This document shows, one piece after another, positions 28,434 through 36,700 of a DNA stretch of 64,000 nt. Location of the stretch: IMG/VR virus record IMGVR_UViG_3300021961_011268, positions 2,085 to 66,084 of that record; one strand, 5' to 3'. The stretch's first letter is position 1. Each line of letters begins with the position of its first letter. The stretch is from a virus (Duplodnaviria > Caudoviricetes). The position numbers and the translations under genes are program-made. The notes below the pieces were generated by a model. That model did not search any database. It saw only the letters and a program-made list of their open reading frames with translations, and was not told the origin of the DNA.

Positions 28434-29249
28434 ATGCGTATATTCTTAAAAATTGTATTGTATACAATTATATTATCAATTATTTCAGGATGCGCATTGA
28501 ATAACTTTAAATATGATAAGATGCGACAAGATATGCCTATTGAGGAAATATTACCTACGCATGATGCGTTAAAGTCAATAAATCCTCCTGATAGAATGCC
28601 AGTTGTCGCGGTATATCAATTTGATGATAAAACGGGTCAAAGAAAACAGGTTGATTCGTCTGCTTTATTTAGCACAGCAGTTTCACAAGGAGCTGAAACA
28701 ATGTTGATTGATGCATTGAAAACTGCTGGAAATGGACAATGGTTTCGAGTTGTTGAAAGAATAGGAATAGATCATTTAGTAAGAGAAAGACAAATAGTAA
28801 GAAGCACAAGACAAGCTTATAATGATAATGAAGAATTGGCACCAATGCTTTTTGCGGGTATGATACTTGAAGGTGGTATTATTGGATATGATACAAATAT
28901 AGAAACAGGTGGAGCAGGAGCAAGGTATTTAGGAATAGGTGGACAAACACAATATCGTAAGGATTTTATTACTGTTTCTTTAAGAGGAATAAGCACACTA
29001 ACTGGAGAAGTATTATTAAATGTCCAAACGTCAAAAACAGTATTATCGGTGTCAAATGGATTTGATGTTTTTAAATTTGTTGATTTAGATACAAAACTAA
29101 TAGAAGTAGAAAACGGCATGACGGAAAATGAAAGTATAACTCGATCGACAAGATCATGCATTGAAGCAGCTGTTTTAGCACTTATTAAACAAGGTGATTC
29201 TCGTAACCTTTGGAAAATACGAGATAAAAAGGATAAAAGTAATGAATAA
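28434..29249 (+). CDS. csgG: Curli secretion channel CsgG lipoprotein
   Basis: Lipobox ISGC, VAVYQFDDKTGQRK, FSTAVSQG, WFRVVER and GGAGARYLGIG. Confidence 0.92.
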   Translation: MRIFLKIVLYTIILSIISGCALNNFKYDKMRQDMPIEEILPTHDALKSINPPDRMPVVAVYQFDDKTGQRKQVDSSALFSTAVSQGAETMLIDALKTAGNGQWFRVVERIGIDHLVRERQIVRSTRQAYNDNEELAPMLFAGMILEGGIIGYDTNIETGGAGARYLGIGGQTQYRKDFITVSLRGISTLTGEVLLNVQTSKTVLSVSNGFDVFKFVDLDTKLIEVENGMTENESITRSTRSCIEAAVLALIKQGDSRNLWKIRDKKDKSNE

Positions 29250-30006
29250 CATATTAGAACTAATAACGTTTATTATATGGTTTATTATCTCTATTGTTAT
29301 TATGACATTTATTTTGGGATATGCAAGTGCGCATGCGCAAACTTCATCAGATAATGAGATATATTTAAATCAAAGTGGAGATACAATCACTTTAAATATA
29401 AATCAAATAGGATATGGAAATAAATTTGGTGGAAGTGTTTCATCAGGTGTTGTAGCAACAGATCTAACTTTGACTGGTTCATCACTTGATATTGATTTGA
29501 CTCAAGATGGTAATAGTAACCAATTTCTAGGTAGTATTATTTTTGATAATAGTTTCCTTGATTTTACGACTACTGGTGATACCAATATTCTTACATTAGA
29601 TATTGGAAGCACTGGATCTGCAGATGATTCAAATCTTTTCTTGGATTTTACGGGAGATAATAATACACTTGATCTGAATATTGGAAGTGTAGCATCTGCC
29701 GAAAGATTAGATTTTGATTTAAACGTAATTGGTGGATCAAATATCTTTGATGTTGATATTGAAGCTGATGATGTGACATGGCAAGTTGATATTACTGGTT
29801 CAGGAAATGATTTCCTTTCAAATATCAAGGATGGTGCATATAACTCATTGACTATTGATTTTACTGGGGATAATGGTGATATTGATATTAATCAATGGTC
29901 AGGTTCATGTCCACAAGGTGTAACATCTTGCTTTGGAGTAATTGATGCAACGATTAATTCAGATAATGCAATTATACAAATTAACCAAAAAGATACTGTC
30001 GAATAG
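29242..30006 (+). CDS. Secreted curlin-like beta-repeat protein
   Basis: Signal peptide; N.I.L.Q.G repeats (DNEIYLNQSG, LNINQIGYGN, IDLTQDGNSN). Confidence 0.65.
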   Translation: MNNILELITFIIWFIISIVIMTFILGYASAHAQTSSDNEIYLNQSGDTITLNINQIGYGNKFGGSVSSGVVATDLTLTGSSLDIDLTQDGNSNQFLGSIIFDNSFLDFTTTGDTNILTLDIGSTGSADDSNLFLDFTGDNNTLDLNIGSVASAERLDFDLNVIGGSNIFDVDIEADDVTWQVDITGSGNDFLSNIKDGAYNSLTIDFTGDNGDIDINQWSGSCPQGVTSCFGVIDATINSDNAIIQINQKDTVE

Positions 30007-31117
30007 TCTTATATATTTTTTAATATTCTTTTCTCAAGGTTATGCCGCTGTTGAAAAGAATATTGGAAATATTATTGAAGTATCTGGAACAAATGGTATT
30101 ACATCAATTGATGGTGTAACTAAGGTTGGCACTAAAGATTTAGATATCTATTTTCGTGATACTATTGAAACAGTTCAAGGTAAAATGAAAATTGATTTTG
30201 TTGATGAAACAAAATTGTCATTAACAGAGCATTCTAAAGTCCTTATTGATGAATACTATTTTGATCCAAATCCATCAAAATCAAAAATGACTATGAGTTT
30301 TATTCAAGGAACGGCAAGATTTGCAACTGGTAAATTAGGTCTTGTTCCAAAGGAGAATATTATTATTAATACACCAACAGCAGTTGTTGGCGTTCGTGGT
30401 ACAGATTTCACAACAACAGTAGATGAACTTGGTCGATCATTAATTATTCTATTGCCAGATGAGGAATGTACAATTGATGGTGATTGCAATCCATCAGGAG
30501 AAATTACTGTTACAAATGCAGGAGGCGTTGTCACATTGACTGAAGCATATTCAGCAACAATGGTTACATCCTTTGATAATGCTCCAATGCAACCAGTAAT
30601 ACTTGAAAATATTACCATTAACATTATTGATAATATGTTTATTGTGACACCACCAAACGAAATAGAACAATCAATAGAGGAAGAAGAATCTAATAATCGG
30701 CCATCATATGATTTACTCGACTTTAATGATTTGGATATAAATTTATTAAGTGAAGATTGGGATGAAGAAGATCTTTCGATAAATGAAGTGGATATTAATT
30801 ATCTTGATGGTGATTTTTTACAAAATATTCTTGATGATTTGCTATTACAACAAGATTATTTAAAAGAATCAAGTCAATCAACAAGTTATGATATACAAGG
30901 CACAAATATTGGTTTTGATTCACAAACAAACTATTATACCTTTATTGACATTGGTGAGGGTACAATTCGATTTTATCGAATCGTTGGTGGTATAATAAAT
31001 ATAGTAACAAAAATAGATAGTAACATAACATTGGATACTGAAAATGATGGTAAAAAGAACTTTATTACTAATGGTGATGGTCAATCTGTTGTTCTTACAA
31101 TCCGCCAAGGCAATTGA
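29966..31117 (+). CDS. FecR-domain periplasmic protein
   Basis: D.IET, TPTAVVGVRGTDF and GEITV motifs; acidic linker; start uncertain. Confidence 0.85.
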   Translation: MQLYKLTKKILSNSLIYFLIFFSQGYAAVEKNIGNIIEVSGTNGITSIDGVTKVGTKDLDIYFRDTIETVQGKMKIDFVDETKLSLTEHSKVLIDEYYFDPNPSKSKMTMSFIQGTARFATGKLGLVPKENIIINTPTAVVGVRGTDFTTTVDELGRSLIILLPDEECTIDGDCNPSGEITVTNAGGVVTLTEAYSATMVTSFDNAPMQPVILENITINIIDNMFIVTPPNEIEQSIEEEESNNRPSYDLLDFNDLDINLLSEDWDEEDLSINEVDINYLDGDFLQNILDDLLLQQDYLKESSQSTSYDIQGTNIGFDSQTNYYTFIDIGEGTIRFYRIVGGIINIVTKIDSNITLDTENDGKKNFITNGDGQSVVLTIRQGN

Positions 31118-31400
31118 TCAAGATCAGAATAGTGTTTTTATTAATCAAATAGGTGATGATCTTAATTTGAATCTTAATCAAACTGGATATAATAATAATA
31201 TTGAGATTGACACAGATACGAATAGTAATAACATTTCAGTAGATCAAACAGGTTCTGGCCATGATGTAATATTAAATTTATATGGAACACAACCAAATAA
31301 TGTTTCTGTTTCACAATCAAGTACCACACCTCAAAGTTATTCAATTGAAACATATTGTATTACTATCGGAGGCTGCTCTATTTCAGTAGATCAACAATGA
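31044..31400 (+). CDS. Small secreted curlin-like protein
   Basis: Signal peptide; NSVFINQIG, LNLNQTG and ISVDQTG repeats. Confidence 0.6.
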   Translation: MMVKRTLLLMVMVNLLFLQSAKAIDQDQNSVFINQIGDDLNLNLNQTGYNNNIEIDTDTNSNNISVDQTGSGHDVILNLYGTQPNNVSVSQSSTTPQSYSIETYCITIGGCSISVDQQ

Positions 31401-33247
31401 AATATATCACATCAATATTCTCTTGCATTGCAGTCCTTATACTAGGATTATTTTTAAAAGTCACAGATCCATATATTATTGAAAGACTTCGTTTAATTAA
31501 TTTTGACCAATATCAACAATTAATACCACAACATAATAATAAAGATATAACACTTATTAATATTGGTGAGGAATCATTAAATCAATATGGTCAATGGCCT
31601 TGGCCTCGTTCTATTTTTGCTCAAGTCATTTCTGATTTAAGATCAGCAAATGCTGGAATTATTGTATTTAATATTATGTTTCCTGAGAGCGATAGATTTG
31701 GACAAGATGAAATTTTAAAATCATGGATAGATGGTAATGGTATTATTCTATCACAAACTGGTTCGCCAAAAGGAAGATCAGATTCAGCACCGTTTGTTGG
31801 CACTGTTGTTCTTGGAAGTGGTGATCCATATCAGTTTGTAGATGAATATCCAGGTATTGTTACAAATATAGAAGAATTTGAATCTTCTGCTTGGGGTGTT
31901 GGTGTATTAAACTCAAAACAAGAAATTGATAATGTAACAAGAAGAATGCCATTATTGATTCAATCAAATAATCAATTATATCCATCATTAAGTATGGAAA
32001 TACTGAGAGCAACGGTTGAAGAAAAGTCATATACAATAAAAGTAGAACCAACTGGTATTGAAAATTTTAGAATACCTCCATATGAACCAATACAAACTGA
32101 CGCGTCTGGTTCAATATGGATTAATTGGTCAAATAAATTTAAATCATACGAATATGGTAAAGACACTCTGCCAGATCTAAATGGTAATACGGTGATTGTT
32201 GGTCTTACTGCAGAAGGTCTTGTTCCATTAGTACCTACACCTCGTGGAGCTCTTTATCCACACGAGTTACAAGCTTCAGTATTAGCGGATCTAATGGACT
32301 CAAGCACATCAATTACTCGACCAAATTGGATGCCTATTGCTGAGATTTTATTAATTACAATTACAAGTATACTACTTCTTCTTTCTGTATATTATTTACC
32401 AATAGTATATTCGCTTGTATGTTCATTGTTTTTATTATCAATAAACATGTTAATACCGACATATCTATGGATGGAATCATTTTATTTGATGGATATGTCA
32501 TTTGGTATAATCTTAACAGTTATTCTTTTTGCACATTCAAGTTTTAATAATTTCTATAAGCAATTTAAATTACGACAACAAATTAAGAAACAATTTGAAC
32601 ACTATCTAGATCCAAGACAGGTGAAGATACTACAGAAAAATCCTGGGTTATTGAAACTTGGTGGTGAACGAAAAGAAATGACTTATTTGTTTATGGATAT
32701 TATTGGCTTTACACCAATATCAGAATTCTATAAGAACAAGAATGACCCTGAAGGTTTAGTTGAATTAGTGAATGAATTCCTTGATGAGATGACAAACATT
32801 ATATTGAAGAATGGTGGCATGATCGATAAGTTCATGGGAGACTGTATCATGGCAATATTCAATGCACCGATCGATATGCCTAATCATGCTGAGATGGCTA
32901 TTAAGTCTTGTATCGAAATCGAAGACAAAGTCAAAGAACTGAAAGCCAAATATAAAGAACGTGGTTTACCTGATATCAATGTCGGAACAGGAGTCAATAC
33001 CGGTACGGCAATCATCGGTAATATGGGATCAACAACAAGATTCGACTTTAGTGTGATAGGCGATGCGGTGAACTTGGCAGCAAGACTTGAAGCAACTGCT
33101 GGACGTGGCGATTACAAGAAATATCCTACAATATATTCTTCTATGACAAAAGAACAATTGCCTGATTCAATCAAGAGTAAACATATCGGTGATATCAAAG
33201 TGAAGGGAAAAGAAGACGTAATTGAAATATATACTATTTCTTCTTAA
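31397..33247 (+). CDS. CHASE2-domain class III adenylate cyclase
   Basis: GQWPWPRS CHASE2 motif, 3 TM helices, FMDIIGFT, DKFMGD, FDFSVIGDAVNLAARLE and VKGK. Confidence 0.93.
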   Translation: MKYITSIFSCIAVLILGLFLKVTDPYIIERLRLINFDQYQQLIPQHNNKDITLINIGEESLNQYGQWPWPRSIFAQVISDLRSANAGIIVFNIMFPESDRFGQDEILKSWIDGNGIILSQTGSPKGRSDSAPFVGTVVLGSGDPYQFVDEYPGIVTNIEEFESSAWGVGVLNSKQEIDNVTRRMPLLIQSNNQLYPSLSMEILRATVEEKSYTIKVEPTGIENFRIPPYEPIQTDASGSIWINWSNKFKSYEYGKDTLPDLNGNTVIVGLTAEGLVPLVPTPRGALYPHELQASVLADLMDSSTSITRPNWMPIAEILLITITSILLLLSVYYLPIVYSLVCSLFLLSINMLIPTYLWMESFYLMDMSFGIILTVILFAHSSFNNFYKQFKLRQQIKKQFEHYLDPRQVKILQKNPGLLKLGGERKEMTYLFMDIIGFTPISEFYKNKNDPEGLVELVNEFLDEMTNIILKNGGMIDKFMGDCIMAIFNAPIDMPNHAEMAIKSCIEIEDKVKELKAKYKERGLPDINVGTGVNTGTAIIGNMGSTTRFDFSVIGDAVNLAARLEATAGRGDYKKYPTIYSSMTKEQLPDSIKSKHIGDIKVKGKEDVIEIYTISS

Positions 33248-33536
33248 TAGCGTCAGCACCAAAGAATGCAGACACAAGAACTGCAATTGACGCAAAATAT
33301 GTTGGTGCAATATCGGCAATAAGTTCAGCTGCTTTTTCCATTCCCATTAATGAAGTTAAAGCAATACCTATTGGATATACTAATAGTCCAATCAATGAGA
33401 ACCATGCCATTTTACGAATAGCATCACGTTGAGCGTCTTGATCTTCAAGTTCTTTACGTTTAAACTCAAGATGCATTTGTACTTCTTCTTCAGATATGTG
33501 ACCATCGCCATTTAAATCTACTGGTTTATCAGACAT
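33234..33536 (-). CDS. Two-TM membrane protein with EF-hand-like loop (holin-like)
   Basis: DLNGDGHISEEE loop and two TMs; has its own late promoter. Confidence 0.6.
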   Translation of the reverse strand: MSDKPVDLNGDGHISEEEVQMHLEFKRKELEDQDAQRDAIRKMAWFSLIGLLVYPIGIALTSLMGMEKAAELIADIAPTYFASIAVLVSAFFGADAIKKK

Positions 33537-33563
33537 AGAAAATCCTTTTACTAATTAATAATA

Positions 33564-33571
33564 TATTTATA
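33564..33571 (-). promoter_or_regulatory. T4-type late promoter
   Basis: TATAAATA on the minus strand. Confidence 0.6.
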
Positions 33572-33580
33572 AAAAAACTA

Positions 33581-33609
33581 TTTACAACATTATTATTATA
33601 TGGTATAAT
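33581..33609 (+). promoter_or_regulatory. Sigma70-type promoter
   Basis: TTTACA-N17-TATAAT. Confidence 0.7.
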
Positions 33610-33643
33610 AAATTATTATTAACAAAATTACAAAGGATCTATT

Positions 33644-33925
33644 ATGAATACGTTTACAAAAGATGAAATTATCAATATGTTGAGGAATAATACCTGTTAT
33701 ATTAACTTTACTAAAAAAGATGGTACAATAAGAAAAATGAATGCTACTCTTAATGAACAGTTTATACCTGAAGATATGAAACCAAAATCAAATACAACAA
33801 TGAAAGAAAATGATAATGTTGTTCGTTGTTTTGATGTTGATGTTCAAGATTGGAGATCATTTCGAGTCGATTCAATTAATTCATTTAAAGATGCATATAT
33901 TGCTTTCATTGAATCAGTAGAATAA
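33644..33925 (+). CDS. SH3/WYL-like (DUF2693-type) phage protein
   Basis: FTKKDGTIRKM and WRSFR motifs. Confidence 0.75.
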   Translation: MNTFTKDEIINMLRNNTCYINFTKKDGTIRKMNATLNEQFIPEDMKPKSNTTMKENDNVVRCFDVDVQDWRSFRVDSINSFKDAYIAFIESVE

Positions 33926-34042
33926 TACTGTTACATTTTTATCACAGCTATAAAAAAAATGCACGCAATGTGCATTTTTCTATTTACATATTGTTATAAC
34001 TGGTATATAATGATTCTATCGAAACAATAAAAGGACATATAT
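33923..34042 (+). promoter_or_regulatory. Early promoter cassette, copy 4
   Basis: CTGTTACATTTTTATCACAG; hairpin; TTTACA(33983)-N17-TATAAT; AAACAATAAAAGGACA. Confidence 0.85.
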
Positions 34043-34273
34043 ATGAATACAGAAATTTTTTCAATTGGTTATGATAGTGAATTTCAAAGTGATAAATTTG
34101 TAGCAACTGATATTGAAGGTGTTGACTTCGTTCGTGACATTCCTTGTGAAAGTTGTGAATTCAGTAAAGAATGCGAAATGAAAGCTGTTGATTGTGTAGC
34201 TACTCGTGCCTGGTATTATATTGGCGATTATTTAGATGCTGATGTTGGTCGTCTTCGCCGTGCTTGTAAATAA
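34043..34273 (+). CDS. Early small Cys-rich protein
   Basis: CESC-x5-C-x6-C cysteine pattern. Confidence 0.6.
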   Translation: MNTEIFSIGYDSEFQSDKFVATDIEGVDFVRDIPCESCEFSKECEMKAVDCVATRAWYYIGDYLDADVGRLRRACK

Positions 34274-34290
34274 TGATTGAGGATTAAATT

Positions 34291-35427
34291 ATGAGATTAA
34301 AAAGAAAAAAGAAGATTGTGCGCAAAGTTAAAACTGGTATTGCTGGCGCGCCAGTTGATCATGGCTTTATGTGGTATAATCATTATTTCAGAACTGAAGT
34401 TGAAAAGAAAGAACTTGCAGGCGTTATTCGTAATTATATTCGTAAATCATTTTCAAAGGAAGAAGCAGCATTAATGTTAAGTGCTCCTGATTGGCTCTTT
34501 TATGCTTATCAACATATTGCAGCAATTATAAGTTGGAATGAATTGAATTTAAAATTTCCAGATCATTATAATATTAATAGAGCATTAACTAATTATTTTG
34601 CTAATGTTAGGAAATCTGCAATCAATAAAATTGAATTAAAATCTTTTTTAGAAGACACATCTCCTGCTATTAAAACTAAATCTCCAATGGAAATTTTGAA
34701 AATTAAAACTTCTGATATGCTTGCTTATATTGATGAAGTAATTGATGCTCATATAGAACAAGAAACAAATAATGCAAATACTGCATTTGATGGGATTGAC
34801 ATATATTCACTTTTCCAAAAAGATAATGTTGCTTATAATACAGCAAAACAATGCTTTGATCATATTGAAAATATATATGAAGAGATTAAAGAATTAGTTG
34901 AGACAAAAGATCCAGATCTTGTTGAAGCCTATTCATACATGAAATTAAAAAGACAAAAAATCTTTTTACAATTCCTTCAAGATATAAAAGATAATATCCA
35001 AAAATATATTCTAAATAAAAAAGCTGTTCGTAAAACAAAAGCTCCAAAGATTATAACTGCTGATAAACAAATTAAAAGACTTAAATATAATAAAGAGTCA
35101 AAAGAATATAAAATGGTTTCAATTCCTCCAATTCAAATTATTGGAGCATCCCGTCTTTTTGTTTTTAATACAAAATATCGATCATTGATTGAATATGTAA
35201 CTAATTCACCAAAAGGTTTTAGTGTGAAAGGTACTACATTGCAAAATATAGATGATGATAAATCAAGATCTATTCGTCTTCGAAAACCTGAAGAAATGCT
35301 TACAATCGTTCAAACAAAGGCAATAAGTAAAATTGATAAAGCATGGAAAGAATTGACTACAAAACAAAGTAAGCCAAATCCAAGAATAAACGAATATTGC
35401 ATTTTAATAAAGGTATTTAATCAATGA
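34291..35427 (+). CDS. Conserved T4-like phage protein upstream of gene 33
   Basis: LVEAY, FNTKYR, GFSVKGTT, LRKP and RIN motifs. Confidence 0.7.
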   Translation: MRLKRKKKIVRKVKTGIAGAPVDHGFMWYNHYFRTEVEKKELAGVIRNYIRKSFSKEEAALMLSAPDWLFYAYQHIAAIISWNELNLKFPDHYNINRALTNYFANVRKSAINKIELKSFLEDTSPAIKTKSPMEILKIKTSDMLAYIDEVIDAHIEQETNNANTAFDGIDIYSLFQKDNVAYNTAKQCFDHIENIYEEIKELVETKDPDLVEAYSYMKLKRQKIFLQFLQDIKDNIQKYILNKKAVRKTKAPKIITADKQIKRLKYNKESKEYKMVSIPPIQIIGASRLFVFNTKYRSLIEYVTNSPKGFSVKGTTLQNIDDDKSRSIRLRKPEEMLTIVQTKAISKIDKAWKELTTKQSKPNPRINEYCILIKVFNQ

Positions 35428-35651
35428 CAAAAATTAAAATAATGACAAAAAATAGTGTTTCAGAAATCATACAAAAACAGGTTTTTGAAAATAATATGTC
35501 TTACATTGATGCAATCATTTATATATGCGAAAAGAATAATATCGAAATTGATGATATTAAAAAATTCATATCTCCTGTTATTAAAGAAAAACTTGAAGCA
35601 GAAGCGATGAACCTAAATTATTTGCCAAAAGAAAATGCACTTAATTTTTGA
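35424..35651 (+). CDS. 33: Late transcription coactivator gp33
   Basis: YIDAI..ICE..., KEKLEAEAMNLNYL; position upstream of gene 32. Confidence 0.85.
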   Translation: MTKIKIMTKNSVSEIIQKQVFENNMSYIDAIIYICEKNNIEIDDIKKFISPVIKEKLEAEAMNLNYLPKENALNF

Positions 35652-35658
35652 ATTTCTA

Positions 35659-35687
35659 TTTACTAATGATAGAAAAATATATATAAT
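35659..35687 (+). promoter_or_regulatory. Sigma70-type promoter for gene 32
   Basis: TTTACT-N17-TATAAT. Confidence 0.6.
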
Positions 35688-35731
35688 ATACATACAAACA
35701 TACACTGTAATATAAAGGATATACAAATACA

Positions 35732-36625
35732 ATGTCATTTGAAAATTTAAAACGCAATCGAAATAATATTGCAAAACTTGTTGAAGAAGCAAATAAAGTT
35801 GGTGGCACAAATACTCGTCAAGAAGACGAAAGAATGTGGAAACCGACAGTTGATAAGGCAGGTAATGGTTATGCTGAAATTCGCTTCTTACCTCAAGTTG
35901 ATGGAGAAGATCTACCATGGGTACAATATTGGGACCATGGTTTCAAAGGTCCATCTGGTCTATGGTATATTGAAAAATCACTCACATCAATTGGGCAAAA
36001 TGATCCTGTATCAGAATCAAATAGCGTTCTCTGGAATTCGGGTATTGAGTCCGATAAAGCAATTGCTCGTGATCGTAAACGTAGACTACATTATGTTTCG
36101 AATATTATGGTTGTCTCTGATCCAGGCAATCCACAAAATGAAGGCAAAGTCTTCATGTATATGTATGGTAAAAAGATCTTTGATAAGATTATGGATATTA
36201 TGCAACCAGCATTCCAAGATGAAAAACCGGTTAATCCATTTGATCTTTGGGAAGATGTTACATTCAAAGTGAAAATCCGTCAAGTTGAAGGATATCGCAA
36301 TTATGATAAATCTGAGTTTGTAAGAAATGACGTATTCCGCGATGATGACCATCGTGAAGAAGTTTATAATCAAGTTCATAAACTTTTTGAATTCGTTGAC
36401 CCTAATTCATATAAATCATATAATGAATTGAAAGCAAAACTCAATCAAGTTCTTGGTGTTGAAAATAATCTTTCAGTTCGTGAAATGGATCAACTTGGTG
36501 AAGCAACTCCTCCAACTCCACAAGTTGAAAAAGTAGCGAAACCGGTGACTGCTGAAGAATATTCATCAATGGAAGATACTGATGAAGATACATTTCAATA
36601 TTTTGCAAAACTAGCGAATAGTTAA
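35732..36625 (+). CDS. 32: Single-stranded DNA-binding protein gp32
   Basis: DKAGNGYAEIRFLP, WYIE, GKKIFDKI, NYDKSEF and acidic tail. Confidence 0.96.
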   Translation: MSFENLKRNRNNIAKLVEEANKVGGTNTRQEDERMWKPTVDKAGNGYAEIRFLPQVDGEDLPWVQYWDHGFKGPSGLWYIEKSLTSIGQNDPVSESNSVLWNSGIESDKAIARDRKRRLHYVSNIMVVSDPGNPQNEGKVFMYMYGKKIFDKIMDIMQPAFQDEKPVNPFDLWEDVTFKVKIRQVEGYRNYDKSEFVRNDVFRDDDHREEVYNQVHKLFEFVDPNSYKSYNELKAKLNQVLGVENNLSVREMDQLGEATPPTPQVEKVAKPVTAEEYSSMEDTDEDTFQYFAKLANS

Positions 36626-36644
36626 AATTTCTTTCATAGAACTA

Positions 36645-36672
36645 AGGGAGAGCTTCGGCTCTCCCTCTTTTT
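36645..36672 (+). terminator. Rho-independent terminator with cUUCGg tetraloop
   Basis: AGGGAGAGC-TTCG-GCTCTCCCT followed by a T run, between convergent genes. Confidence 0.9.
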
Positions 36673-36700
36673 AACGATTATATTATTATCAATTTTTTAA

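Noticed and set aside
11408-33247. Bacterial contamination or chimeric assembly of the LPS/curli genes
   Set aside because: Genes are interleaved and coupled with phage genes, share their composition, and sit behind phage late and early promoters.
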